Shown piece by piece: positions 24,400-37,996 of a DNA stretch of 64,000 nt; position 1 is the first letter of the stretch, and every line of letters starts with the position of its first letter. A program made the translations under genes and the position numbers. Source of the DNA: Basidiobolus meristosporus CBS 931.73 (taxonomy: Eukaryota; Fungi; Basidiobolomycota); contig MCFE01000437.1 in the NCBI GenBank assembly GCA_002104905.1, forward strand, positions 1-64,000, read 5' to 3'. The notes under the pieces are model-generated. The model searched no databases and was not told the origin of the DNA. It worked only from the letters and a program-made list of their open reading frames with translations.

Positions 24400-25091
24400 T
24401 CTCCTAGGGATTACCACTGAAGCATTTGGTAGCAGTACCTTTTATACGCCCAAATACTGCCTTGTTGACTATCATCTGGATTAATTGTGTACTTGTAGTC
24501 ATTATTTTGCCACCTAGTTTGTGAGTGCAATGCTGAAGCTTGGCCATGCTGTATTGCTCCTGATGATATAATGGCACTGATCTTATTAGCCATGGGCTGA
24601 CACTTTTTTTACTTGTCAAAGTCTCCAGTGGTGAAGGCACTTCATGTGGGTCATTACCTGTCAGTTCACCAGATGTAACTAGCTGTTAGTCAGGAGCAAC
24701 AGCATGCGCAGGTGCAACTTAATGCATTGGCATAGCCATTGGCTGAGTTTGATGTGATGTTACATGTTGATGCAACTTGGCCCTCTCCAATGGACTTGTG
24801 TCTGCATGAGCAGTTTGGTGAGTTCTGGTGGTTTTTCTCTCAAGTATGCATGTTAACTCAATCCAGAGCACTCTTGTGAAGGGTGTTGGCATATGTTGGA
24901 CTGACATATGCCAGTGCATCAACACAGAAGGGATGGTAAGGAGTTCAGCAAGGAATGCTGGCACTGTCTAGATGCAGCTGCTCATGGTATGTATTCTTCT
25001 TATTGAAGCTCATCTTGTAATTCTTTGAGGTATTCACTCCCCCTCTGTCTGATACTTGGGAACTGTTGTCTTGACAAGTCCTTTGTGTATA
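24400..25091 (-). pseudogene. PHIS ORF2, 3' part (copy 3)
   Basis: ORF 24719-24964 (HMSVQHMPTPFTR...KTTRTHQTAH.DTSPLE) matches ORF 15017-15241. The 5' part is at 32650-32813 (HTDIWALLIN...ESQQRWKN). Confidence 0.75.
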
Positions 25092-25479
25092 TGTGGCAAT
25101 TTATCAAGTGATTTGCATGTAGGGAATTTATAAAGAAGTAGTGATAATAGTCAAACTATTGCTCATTCATAAAGTGGATCATTACTTCTACATTTGTTAA
25201 AGTAATATAGCTGTACCACCAAATAAGGAGGGTTTCTCAATGATCAGGGGCATTCTGTAACAGTTTCAGGGTTAGTACATAATGTTAGTAGAAAATATTT
25301 GTTCCATTGAATGGTGCCACATAGTGCCATCCTGTTTATAGTGCTGCATTGATCTGGCACTCTATGGCACTATCTAGCACTATAAATTCTACCAATACAA
25401 GCAGTGGGATATAGTTACTGGTGATTTTACTCAATCCTACTTAGGTTGCTCAGAGTTGTGCTTTCCTGGCTTTATTTTC

Positions 25480-27097
25480 TCTTCATAACGCGCCAGACAC
25501 ATTTCTCTCTAAGGATATCTTCTTGTATGTATGTACTGTGCATAGATATGTATCTTAACTATTAGACTTATTCAGTTGGGTGGTGCCAAATTGAGCCATG
25601 AGTGCCAAATGATGCCATAGTGGGCCAGGGAGGCCAATTGAGCCTATACTTGGTCACAGAGTCTGAAACATAGCTCTGCATCTTCATGCAAAGCAGCCCC
25701 TATGTTTCACCCATTGTACTGGAGAAAATCCATATTTTAACCTTTTTTTTTTGGATCAATGTTGTGCAGGATGTGTAAGAGCACAGAAGGACTGAAGACA
25801 TGCATCTGGTACTCAATACCTATGGCACTCTGAATCTAGCTCCTGTAGGTTGTATCATGTCACAAAAATGCATGGCACTATCTTGGCCCACTGGTACTAT
25901 CTGGCACTATATTTAAATATTAGCCCTAAAGTAAGATCTATACAAAGCACTTATAGTGCCAAATAGTACCAGTGGACCAAGATAGTGCCATGCATTTTTG
26001 TGACATGATACAGCCTACAGGAGCTAGATTCAGAGTTCCATAGGTATTGAGTACCAGATGCATGTCTTCAGTCCTTCTGAGCTCCTACACATCCTGCACA
26101 ACAATGAACCAAAAAAAAGGTCAAAAAATGGTCTTTCTCCAGCATGGTGGGTGAAACAAAGGGGCTGCTTTGGATGAAGATGCAGAGCTATGTTTCAGAC
26201 TCTGTGGCCAAGTATAGGCTTACTTGGCCTGCCTGGCACACTATGGCATCATTTGGCACTCATGGCTCAATATGGCACTATCCAATTGAACAAGTCTATT
26301 TTACCTATTCTGCTGATTTCTCCTATACATGAGTTTCCTCTGTTTTTACCTACTGATATGCTGAATCTCCTTAGATATCCAAATGTATGCTCCACCCTCA
26401 CTCTGAAATGATTAAATATCTCATTGTAGAGCTTTTGCTTCCTGCTAAGCACACCATTCCTTGGCTTCCTATAAGCTGCAATATATCCTAATCTCTGACA
26501 ATCCTCTCCTATATAAGCTAAGTCTGCCATACATTTTTCCCCTCTACTGAATTCAGGATGATTCTCTACCCAGAGTTCTTTGTCATGCCTACTTCCACCA
26601 AATGGCCCACTAAACCAGATGATGTAACCCTCAATGTCAGACAGTGCTTGAAACTTTACACAGTGTGCCTTGTACTTGCCAGAAGAAAAGTGTCTCCACC
26701 CTGTAGAAGGTCTGTTAATCCTGACTGGGAAGGTATCCAAAATACTCCTTATATGGAACCTGATGCTGAGCACTGTGGGATATGGAAGTGTATTCGAGCT
26801 TCTGAACCTAATACTCCAAGCTTGCTCTAAGTCATGCATACCCTTTGCAAGGAGGTTCTCCATTGATGTCAGCTGGGAATGAAAGCTTCTTGGACTTCTG
26901 TTACCATGGATAGTGGGATGAAACCTTGTAGGGCAATAGTTCTTGTAATAGCAGAGAGACTTGACAAGGGATCTCCTTGGGTAGATTGCAATAGATGGTC
27001 CACAGTACTTGGTATCAATCTCCTCTAGTGTGTCAAAAGGAAATCCAGTAGTAGTGATGGAATTGATGAGAAAAGACCATTCAGACAAATAAGTCAT
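25480..27097 (-). pseudogene. DDE_Tnp_4 transposase of PHIS copy 2, open to near the C-terminus and then cut by the MITE
   Basis: ORF 26267-27175 is highly similar to ORF 13436-14320 up to SRIGKI. The remaining codons continue left of the MITE at 25563. Confidence 0.85.
25564..26297. mobile_element. Foldback MITE copy 1 (734 bp) with PHIS termini
   Basis: AGACTTATTC...GAACAAGTCT, with ~347-bp inverted arms around a 40-bp loop. TSD ATT (25561-25563, 26298-26300); the empty site cttaactattttacc is present at 13514-13528. Confidence 0.92.
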
Positions 27098-27549
27098 ATC
27101 AAAATTGGTAGATGATTGGGCTGAGGTGATTTGAATTGATTTGGCGCAATCAGCTTGATTTATCCAATTATTCATGCATTATGATTAAGTCTCCATCAAC
27201 TGCCATGTATCCCATTATTATGGTGAAAAAATCATCCTCAAACAATGACTTGGTTTTTTTATTGATGCTTTGATCACAAGTCTAGAGTGAAATAGGAAAT
27301 CTGCAATTGATGTGATCTGATCAGTGTTAATGCAATCCAGGATGCATCATGCATAATATATGGAAAATTCAATAATTACATTAGATCTCATTTATATTTC
27401 ATATAAGACCAGGTTGATATCAATACACTACTGAATAAGTATCCAAATCTGTCACCATGGTCCCTATACCAAGCCTCAACTCATCTTTAGTACAACCCAG
27501 AAAAAATCCATCCCCCAGCTCTCAAGCGTAGTCCAGACCAGAAAAGTCA

Positions 27550-28523
27550 ATGTTGCATCTGTTTGAGTTCATGCTAAGTGATTTCAATATGGCCAAAGTG
27601 TCTATGATGGGCATTCATACAGATATTTGGACACTGCTCATTAATCTAGCAGAACTAGATACCTTGGAGAGTCAACAGCAATGGAAAAACCAGAGTAGAA
27701 AGCTGTGGCATGAGCTCTACATCAAGATGGCAGCAGTTATATGCAAGAAGATATAAAACAAGACAAGTATTGAAATCAAAAATGAACTGATAGTGAGGGG
27801 ATTTGATGAGGAAGCCATGCGCAAGCAATTTTGCACCCAGTTTGCTCAGTACAGGCCAAACACATCCATTTGTGCCTCAACTTTGAGAACCAAAAAGATT
27901 TTGAATGAGGTTTTGCCTCAAGTGACTAAAGTATTACTTGATATATTGGTAGAGCTAAGTGGCTTCCAAGAGCAATGTACAAAGGACTCATCCAGGAAAC
28001 AGTTCCAAAGTATCAGACAGAGGGTAAGTGAATACCTTGAGGAATCAGAAGGTGAGCTTTAAGAGGAAGAATACAGACTGCAAGCAACAGTGTCCAGATT
28101 GCACCAGCATGCCTTGCTGGAAATCCATTGGAGCAGGCCAAGTTGTGTCAACAAGCTGCATCACATCAAGCTCAGCTAAGGGCCATGCCGGCATATCAAG
28201 TCACATTTGTGTGTGCCATTACACCTGACCATCAGCAAGTTTCTTCTAGTGAACTGACCAATGATGACCCACATGAAGTGCCTCCACCACAAGTGCCTTT
28301 GGCAAGTGAGAGAACACATCAGCGCACCACATTGCAGGCCAGCTCAGTTGCATCATCCGGAGCAATTCAGCATGGCCAAGCTGCAGCATTGCACTCATCA
28401 GCTAGGAGGCAAAATACTGACTATAAATACACAAGTAGTCAAGAGGATAGTCAACAAGAAAGTAGCTTAGGTATGCAAAGTGAATCACTACCAAATGCTT
28501 CAGTAGTGATTCCAATGAGATAA
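27550..28523 (+). pseudogene. PHIS ORF2 (copy 2)
   Basis: ORFs 27550, 27793 and 28128 are colinear with the reconstructed ORF2 of copy 1, apart from an internal deletion near 28120. Confidence 0.75.
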
Positions 28524-31500
28524 AAACCTTGAAGAAGATGATGCAATTGCGTTGAATAGCTATTATTTCTAATGATCCAAACAACACATTTTTTCTTGCA
28601 ATCTGCATCAAGCCATTGCAAATCAGTTGTAACTCAAGTACTGATATAAGTAACATCAAGATTGTCTCACATTTGGGACAGGACCCCTGTAAATAAACAC
28701 CCTGTATATATATACATCATCTGTGGCAACAGTGCAGCCATTTGATCTGACTTGCACCTATACAATTGGTTGCATGCTAGCTATGACACCTTGTCCAATC
28801 ACTAGGATCATGGATTTACTTGCTTAATAGGCAAAATGGGATATTTGATGGCCAATCAGGTAGCTGGTGTATTGGCCAAAGAACCAATTGTGGGCTGACA
28901 GCTTTGGGACACTTTTGGGCCAATGAACCACTGAGATACCATTCAATTGGATTGATGGTAGCTAAAATGGTAAGTATCAGTGTAGTTTATAATGTGATAC
29001 GCATTGATCTCCAATCAAATTCAACAAACATATCCAAATACCAGGTTTTACCCACCATAACGGCAGTTTCCTATTTGGCATGTGATGTAAACATTTCAAG
29101 TTGGCGCAATTGCATGTGCCAACCTCATTTTGTCAGAATGTGCCATAGTGTGCAAGATTGTCCCACATAGTGCAAAATTGTCCTACAGCAATCCTGCCTA
29201 CTGGTAGCCACAATATTGCACCCAATTGCTCTTTCAGACCGCAGTTTGCCTGTGCACCCTGGCATGGTACAATGGAACAAGTCAAAAGTGTTAATTTGAT
29301 CTTCACTATAGCAGAAAATCATAGGATCATAGATCTCAAGAAACTGGGAAATTTAGGGCAGCAAATTAGTTATACAGGGACCAAGACTTTGTTTTGTTAA
29401 GTAAGCTTTTAGCTGCTGAGTGATACCAAATAGTCCAATATTTTGGCACTCCCCCTCAACTAAATAACTTCTAAATCCTAATTCCTCTCTGAGATTCTCA
29501 AATTGTTGTCTAGCTAGTGATTTGAACAATATATTTACCTCTATTTTGTCAGTTGGACAGTAAACTAAATCTACCAAGTTATTTTTGACAGATTCTCTCA
29601 CAAAGTGGTATTATATATCTATGTGTATAGTTCTGGCTTGACTAGCAGGATTTCTAACTAATAAACTACAACTTTGATTATCTCTGCAAATACATGTTGG
29701 TTCATCTGAATCAAGTCCTAAGTCTTTGAGTAATTTCTATGGCTATATAGACTTGTCAGTTACCTGGCAAGCAGCCATATTTTCTGCTTCTGTTGTAGAT
29801 AGGGCCAGAGCTGGTTGCTTCTAGCAATTCCAAGTAATAGCTATACCAACATAAAGCAATACATACCCAGCAATAGAGCATCTGTCAATCAGATCTCTGC
29901 CACAATCTGAATCACTATAATCATCAAATTTTTGCCTAATAGCAGCTCCTAAGTTTCCAGTACCATATATGGTACCTTGTAGATATCTGAAAATCCCCTT
30001 AACAGCTGTATGCTGATCTGATCCATAAATCTGAATGAATTGACTGACTATTCCAACTGCCACTGCAATATCTGGACATGTAGATACTATCAGTACAGCA
30101 GCATACCATCAATTGATTGATAGGGAAAGTTTTGGTCCATATTTAAGCTGTTTTCACCCCAAACTGGCTGAGACTTGCTCAATTTTCAATTATTGTCCAT
30201 TGGGGTAGCTGCAGGCTTGCAGCACTCTATTCTGAAGCAACTAAGAATGTCTCTGATATACTTTGACTGATTCAGCACAGTTTTCTGCATATGCATGTCA
30301 AAATTCACTTTAATTCCAATAAAATAGCTCAATTTTTGAAGATCTTTCATCTCCAACTTGTTGAATATATCTAATTTTGTCTGTGTCAGTGCCTCCTTGT
30401 CACTTGTAGCTATTACTAGGTTGTCTGCATAAGAAATTAGGGCAATCACACCTTCTTGAGCTGTTTCACATATATACTGTGTTCTGCAGTGCTACAAATG
30501 AGCACAATCTCCTCTTGATATGTGTCAATCTTGTTATACCATGCTCTAGGTGACTGATTAAGCCTGTACAACAATTTCCTGAGTCTACACACCTGATGGG
30601 GGTCTTTCAGATTGGTAAAACCTTCTGATTGCTCCATATATATAGTTTTCTGCAAATCTCCATTTAGAAAAGCTGCTTTAATGTCCATTTGGAGTAGATC
30701 TAGACTGTGTATAGCTGACTGGGCTATAATTGTCCTAAGGGAGTTAAGCTTGGCCAACAGAGCAAATGCTTCCTTAAAGTCTGGTCCCTGGATCTGGGAA
30801 TAGCCTTTGGCTACCAATGAGGCCTTGTACTTACAACGGTACCAATTGAGGTCATCTTAATCTTGTAGACCCATTTATATTCGATTGGCTTTTCACCATT
30901 TGGAACATCTACCCGTTCCCACAATTTTGCTTTTATTAGTGTTTGGTACTCATCTTGCATGGCTTGTTGCCATGCCGTAGTATCTAGACTTTGCGTTGTC
31001 TGTTCCAAATTCTGATGGTTGGCAAATAAGGCAAAATAAGCTTCCTCATGATCATTGGATGGCTGCTACCAGGATCAAGGGTCATTTCTTATTCTGGTAT
31101 ATATCCTAACTAGGATATTCTACTTGGAACTGGAACTGATAGAATTGATTTCTGTATCTAGCTGAATTTGTTATGTATCTTCATTAGTGTGGATTGCATC
31201 ATCAGGCAGCTGGCCAATGATTTCTGTGGTTTGAGGAGAGATTTTCCTCAAATACAATGTCCCTGCCCCTGATCAACTTCTGAATTCCGCCATCATGCAC
31301 TCTTTGCCCTATAGTAACATCCCAATACTCAAGAAGAATCACTTTTCTACTCTGTGGCTCCAGTTTGGAGCTTATTTGTCAAGGAAGTGATAAACAGCAC
31401 CACTACCAAAGATCATGAGGTGCTTGAGGTCTAATTTTTGGCCTGTATATGCCTCAAAGAGTGTAGAACCACATAGTGCTATTGTTGGGTGGCTTTTTTT

Positions 31501-33702
31501 GATGTATACCACAGTAGCTACAGATTCAGCCCAAAACCTGTAGTGTATTCCTTTAACATGCAGCATAGATATTCCAATCTATACTATTGTTCTATTTGCA
31601 CATTCAGCTACTCTATTTTGCTGTGGACTATTTGAAACAGTGGTGTGTTGAAGTATGCCAGTTGATCAGCAGTATTTTGCAGACTCCTTTGAGCAGTATT
31701 CCCTGTCAGTGTCACTCTGAAGTATCCTCAATTTACACCCAGTTTATGTTTCCATCTTGTACTTAAAGTGTTTCAATGTCTCTAAAGCCTATTTCTTTGT
31801 TTTGAGGAAGTATTCCCATGTAAATCTTGTCTTGTCATCAATAAGTATAATCAAGTATTGCTTGGCTCCACAGACCAGTGTTCTCATGGGTGCACGTATG
31901 TCTAAATTTACAATAGCCAATATGTTGGTGGTGTCAATGCCTCCTGAGCTCCTGAAACATTGCATGGCTTGTTGGCCATATGAGCCTCCCTTACAGACAA
32001 TCAATTTTATTGGAATTGAGTAATTTAGGCCTAAATAAGTTGATTTTTTAACCAATTGGCTCATTTGTGTTCCTTAAGTGTCCTAGCCTCATATGCCACA
32101 TCTCCCAGTTAGTTTCATCAGTTTCAGAAATGTTGGCATACTCAGGTGCAATAATATTGAATTGTAACTTATATATATTGTGGTATCTGATTCCCAAGCT
32201 AATTTTTATTCATTTTCACTCAATATTGAACAGTTCAGCTTAGTAAAAGCAAATTTCAATCCCTGAGCAGTCGCTTTACTAACAGAGATTAGGTTCTTAG
32301 CTATATCAGGTACTTAGAGTGGTCAGTCAGTCTTGCTGCTGTAGCCCCTGTGATATTTCAAAACAAAGTATGAGTGGCTCATACTATCTGGTAGGCTACA
32401 TAGCAGACAGATGATCTTATCTGCATCATCTACACCAGTATTAATACTGTCTACTTCTTCTGCAAGTGTCTCCATTCTAGTAATGAGTAGTAGCATGTCA
32501 TCATTTGGCTTCTTCCTCATGTTGAAAGACTTGTGTTTTAAATAAAGCTTGCCTGATACTGACGTTGCTCTAAAGATCTTCTCCGAGGATACCCATGCTA
32601 CTTTAGCAATATTTGAAGCAGGGATTTGTGCAATGATGGAATCTTGCATATATGCTGTAGCTTTCTACTTGGATTCTTCCATCTCTGTTGACTCTCTAAG
32701 GTATCCAGTTTTGCTATATTAATGAGTAGTGCCCAAATATCTGTATGAAAACTTTTCACAGACACAATGGCCATATTAGAATCATTTGGCAAGAGCTCAA
32801 ACAGATGTATCATTGACTTTCCGGTACAGATTGTGCTTGAGAGCTAGGGGATTGGTTTTGTCTGGGTTGTAATAAAGATAATTAGAGACTTGCTATAGGG
32901 ACCGTAGTGACAGATTTGGATACTAACACAACAGTAAATTGACATTGACCTGGCATTATATGTAATATATTTGAAAGCTAAAGTGATTGTTGAATTTTCC
33001 ATGTATTATGCATGATGAACCTTAGATTGCATTGACATGGATCAGATCACATCAATCACAGATTTCCTATATGACAATTGACTTGTGAGTAAATCATCAA
33101 TGAAATCACCAAGTCATTGCTTGAGGAGGATTTTTGCAACATCATAATGGGACACATGTCAATTGATGGAGATTGAATCATTATATATCAAATTTAGATA
33201 AGTTAAGCTGGTAATGGCAAATCAATTCATATTGCCGCCACTCATTCATACATTAATTCAGATACAACCTACTCCTCTGAATGGTCTTTTCTCATCAGGC
33301 TCAATACTGCACAGGATTTACTTTTGACACATTAGAGGAGATCAATACCAAGCATTGTGGACCATCAACCCCAATCTACTCAAGGAGATCCCTTGTTAAG
33401 CTTCTCTGCTATTACAAGAACTAATGCCCTAAAAGTTTTCATCCCACCATTCATAGCAACAGGAATCCTAGAAATCTTCATTCCCAGCTGACAGCAACAG
33501 AAAATCACCTTGCAAAGGGTATACATGACTGAGAGCAAATTTGGAATACTAGGTTCAGAGCTCTAATAGACTCCCATATCCCAGAGGGTTCAGTAGCAGA
33601 TTCCAAATAAAGAGAATTTGGGATACCTTCCAGATGACAGACCTACCAGAGGACAGGGGCACTTTTATTTTGACAAATACAAGGCACACTATGTGAAGTT
33701 TC

Positions 33703-34071
33703 TGTTGCAATTTAAGAAGTGATTTGGATATACGGAATTAATCAAGAAATAGTGATAATAGTTGAACTGTTGTTTATTCATAAAGAAGCTCAGTATTTAT
33801 ACCTTTGTAGATGTAATACAGCTGCAACACTAAGTAGGAAGGGTTTCTCAATATTCAGGAGCATTCTGTAACAGTTTCAGGGTTAGTACATAATGTTTGG
33901 TAATAGTGCTAATTTGATCCTGACTATAGGGGAATAATCATAAGATCATATATCTGAAGAAAGTGGCAAAGTTAAGGCAGTAAATGAGTCCTACAGTGAC
34001 TAAGACTAGCCTAGAATTGTTAAGTAAATTTTTAGCTGCTGAATGATACCAAATAGTCCAATATTTATACA
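33703..34071 (-). repeat. Copia 3' LTR
   Basis: Direct repeat of 37997-38365, immediately downstream of the polypurine tract. Confidence 0.95.
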
Positions 34072-37000
34072 CTCCCCCTCAACTAAATAATTTCTTAATC
34101 CCAATTTCTCTCTAAGGATCTCAAACTGTGGCCTAGCTAGTGGTTTTGTCAATATGTCTGCCACCATATTGTCAGTTGGGCAGTAAACCAGCTCCACTAA
34201 GTATTTTCTACAGCTTCCCTCACAAAGTGATGCTGTATATCAATGTGCTTAGTTCTAGCATGATTAGTAGGATTTCTAGCTAATGAAATACAACTTTGAT
34301 TATCCTTGTAAATACATGTTGGTTCACCTGAATTAAAACCTAAGTCTTTGAATAATTTTTGTAGCCATAGAGCCTCCTTAGTTGCTTGGCATGCAGCCAT
34401 ATATTTGGCTTCAGTTGTAGATAGTGCCACAGGTAGTTGTTTCTTGCAATTCCAAGTAATAGCTGCACCAGCATAAAGAAATACATAGCCTGTGGTAGAG
34501 CGTCTGTCAATCAGATCCCTACCCCAATCTGAATCACTATAACCATCAAATTTTTGCCTATTAGCTGCTCCAGAGTATTCCAGTACCATATATATGGTAC
34601 CTTGTAGATATCTGAAAATCCGCTTAACTGCTGCAATTTGATCTGATCCATAATTCTGCATGAATTGACTGACTATTCCAACTGCTACTGCAATATCTGG
34701 ACGTGTAGACACCATCAACTACATTAGGCTACCAACCATTGATTGATAGGGAAAGTTTTGCTCCATATTTGAGCCGTTTATATCTATTACTGGCTGAGAT
34801 TTGCTTAATTTCAGGTTATTGTCCATAAGGGTTGCTGCAGGCTTGCAATTTTCCATTTTGAAGCATCTAAGAATGTCCCTGATGTACTTAGACTGATTCA
34901 GCACAATTTTCTGCGTAGGTATGTCAAATTTGACCTCAATTCCAAGAAAATAGCTCAATTTTCTAAGGTCTTTCATCTCTAACTTGCTGCAGAGATCTGA
35001 TTGTATCTGTTTAAGTGCCTCTTGATCACTTGTAGCTATAATTAGGTCGTCCACATAAAGAACTAGGATGATCACACACTTTTTCAGCTGTTTCACATAT
35101 ATACTGTGATCTGCAGTGCTACGAGAGAACCCAATTTCCTCTAGATATGTGTCAATCTTGTTATACCATGCTCTAGGTGCCTGCTTAAGCCCATACAACA
35201 ATTTTCTAAGTTTGCACACCTTATGGGGGCTTTTGGATCGGTAAAACCTTCTGGTTGCTCCATATATATAGTTTCTTGCAAATCCCCATTTAGAAAGGCT
35301 GTTTTGACGTCCATTTGGTGTAGATCTAGACTGTGTACAGCTGCCAGGGCTAGAACTGTCCTAATAGAGTTAAACTTGGCAACCAGAGCAAATGTTTCCT
35401 TAAAGTCTAGTCCCTGGATCTGGGAATAGCCTTTAGCTACCAATCTAGCCTTGTACTTATCAATGGCACCATTTGAGGTTATCTTGATCTTGTAGACCCG
35501 TCTACATCCTATTGGCTTTCTCCCATTTGGTAAATCTACCAGTTCCCACATTTTTGCCTTGATCAGTGATTGGTACTCCTCCTGCATAGCTTGTTGCCAC
35601 TTAGTAGCATCTGGACCTTGCATTGCCTGTTCCAGATTTTGAGGTTTGGCACATAAGGCAAGATAAGCTTCTTCATGATCATTGGATGTCTGCCACCAGG
35701 ATCCAGGGGCATTTCTTATTCTGGTAGATCTCCTAACTGGGATAATCTGTTCTGATCTGGAACTGGTAGAAGTATCTTCCATCTCTGGCTGGATTTGGTA
35801 CGTATCTTCTTCATTTGTGTTGATTGCATCATCAGGCAGCTGGCCAATGATTTCTGTGGCTTTCTGATCTGAATTCTCCTCAAATACAACAACCCTGCTC
35901 TTGATCAGCTTCTGAATTTTGCCATCATACACTCTATACCCAAGAAAGATCCCTTTTCTACTCTTTGGTTCCAACTTTGAGCACTTTTTGTCAGGGATGT
36001 GATAAAAAACATCACTGCCAAAGATCCTGAGGTGCTGGAGATCTGGTTTTTTGCCTGTATATGCTTCAAAGGGTGTAAAATCACGTAGTGATGTTGTTGG
36101 GCATCTGTACTTGATGTATACAGCGGTAGCAACAGATTCAGCCCAAAACTTGTAGTCCATTCCCTTATCATGTAGCATGGATCTTCCCATCTCTACTATT
36201 GTTCTATTTGCACATACTGCTACTCCATTTTGCTGTGGAGTATGAGGAACTGTAGTCTGTTAAAGTATACCAGTAGACAAGCAGTATTTTGCAAACTTCT
36301 TTGAGCAGTATTCTCCTCCATTGTCACTTTGTAGTACCTTCAATTTACACCCAGTTTGTGTTTCTGCCATGCTCTTGAAGTGCTTAAATGTCTCTAAAGC
36401 TTCATCCTTTGTTTTGAGGAAGTACACCCATGTATATCTTGTCTTGTCATCAATAAACGTCATAAAGTATCTCTTGGCTCCAAAGGACAGTGTTCTCATG
36501 GGGCCACATATGTCTGAGTGTACAATAGCCAATACCTTGGTGCTATTGATGTCTTCTGAGCTCTTGAAACATTGCCTAGCTTGTTTGCCATATGAACATC
36601 CCTTACAAACATTCAATTTGATTGGAACTGAGTATTTTAGGCCCAAAACAAGCTGATTTCTCACCAATTGGCTCATTTTCTGTTCCCCTATGTGTCCTAG
36701 CCTCCTATGCCACATCTCCCAGTTGGTTTCATCAGTTTCAGCAATGTTGACGTATTCAGGTACAATGATCTTGCATTGTAACTTGTATATATTGTGATCT
36801 CTGAATCCCGAAGTTAATTTTTGTCCATTTTCACTCAATATTGAGCAGCTCAGCTTAGTAAAAACAAATTTCAGTCCCTGAGTAGTTGCTTTACTGACTG
36901 AGAGTAGGTTCTTAGCTATTCCAGGTACATAGAGTACGTCAGTCAGTTTTGCTGTTGTTGCCCCTGAGTTATCACTCATGTTTAGTTGTATAGACCCACT

Positions 37001-37960
37001 GGCGGTAGCTTCCAATGCATAGTTATCTCCCAGATAAACCTTTCTTACGGGAATAGTCTTTAAGTTGCTGAACCAATCCTTTATACCACAAATATGCTGT
37101 GATGCTCCAGAGTCAATATACCATTCATTACTTTGGTTACTTGTACTCTCTTGTACAGTGACAAATAACTGTTCATCAGTAGTTATATGGTTTGCCTGCT
37201 CTAGTTTCTGTTTTTTGTCTGCCTGTTTCTTCTTGCATTCTCTTGCCCAGTGTCCTGGCTTCTTACAGTAGTTACAGCAGCCAGGTTTTCTTTGGTTTTG
37301 TTGCTTTCCCTTCTTTTCTGTATGCCTTTCTGAACTGAATAAAGCATTATCTTTAGTTTTCTTTGCTTGATCATTACGTCTGAGTTCTTCATGGAGAAGT
37401 CTTCCTTTGACATAGTCTAAAGTCAAGTTGTCTTCTCTGCTTTCAAAAGAAAGTATGAGTGGCTCATACTTGTCTGGTAGGCTGCAAAGCAGACAGAGTA
37501 TCTTTTCTTCATCATCTACACCAGCATTAATACTGTAAAGCTCTTCTGCAAGTGTCTCCATTCTGGTAATGAGTTGTAGCATGTCATCATCTGGCTTTGT
37601 TCTCATGTTGAAGAACTTTTGTTTCAAATAAAGCTTGCTTGATACTGACTTTGCTCTGAAGATCTTCTCTAAGGATTCCCATGCTGCTTTAGCAGTATTT
37701 AAGGCATGGACTTGTCCAATGAAGGAGTCTTGTACATTGATGCATATTGCATTGAAGGCCCTTCTCTCCTTCTCTTGAAACTTCTCCACATCTTCTGTTG
37801 TTCCTTTGGGCTCAACTTCCTTTCCTGTTACTATGTTCCAAAGCTTTCTTTCCTCAAGGTTGATCTGCATCTTGATTCTCCAAAGTCTGTAGCTCTTCCC
37901 ATCAAAACTCTCCTTTACAGGGAAGATGTTGGTATTGCTTTGTTTGCTGGTAGAAGTCAT
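34006..37960 (-). pseudogene. gag-pol: Copia Gag-Pol polyprotein with two in-frame stops and two 1-nt deletions
   Basis: Zinc knuckle CNYCKKPGHWAREC, protease WYIDSGAS, integrase HSDICGP/DDKTRY/SDNGGEY, RT KARLVAKGY..YVDD and RNase H YSDSDW..KHID. Lesions are TAA at 36260, a frameshift at ~35225, TAG at 34719 and a frameshift at ~34197. Confidence 0.95.
34072..34083 (-). promoter_or_regulatory. Polypurine tract GTTGAGGGGGAG
   Basis: Purine run abutting the TG of the 3' LTR; the same motif occurs in copy 2 at 29449-29460. Confidence 0.85.
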
Positions 37961-37984
37961 CTTTAAAATAGATTAAGGCAATCA

Positions 37985-37996
37985 GGGCTCATAACC
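37985..37996 (-). promoter_or_regulatory. Primer-binding site GGTTATGAGCCC (internal, half-tRNAiMet type)
   Basis: Directly follows the 5' LTR end CAACA. Its complement GGGCTCATAACC is the initiator tRNA-Met anticodon stem-loop, the known priming mode of copia-type elements. Confidence 0.85.

Larger units (their letters stand above)
25295..29284. mobile_element. PHIS element copy 2 (about 3.25 kb plus a nested foldback MITE)
   Basis: Degenerate left TIR ATATTTGTTCCATTGAATGGTGCCACATAGTGCCA and right TIR GGCATGGTACAATGGAACAAGTCA; AAA on both flanks. Gene order is the same as copy 1. Confidence 0.85.
25092..32650 (-). mobile_element. Decayed Ty1/copia copy 2; its 3' LTR is split by PHIS copy 2, and its 5' LTR and gag start are deleted
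   Basis: LTR halves 25092-25294 and 29285-29448 rejoin colinearly with the 369-bp LTR. PPT ctccccctcaac follows at 29449. RNase H, RT, integrase and gag fragments lie in ORFs 29353, 29821, 30186, 30446, 31372, 31789 and 32323. Confidence 0.85.

Noticed and set aside
30612-36656. Plus-strand ORFs over the copia elements (30612, 31757, 35223, 35682, 36321) and similar shadow ORFs over Tnp2 and gypsy
   Set aside because: They are antisense shadows of the minus-strand pol frames, with no independent protein motifs.
37985-37996. tRNA gene suggested by GGGCTCATAACC
   Set aside because: Only the 12-nt anticodon arm is present, directly beside the LTR; it is a primer-binding site.
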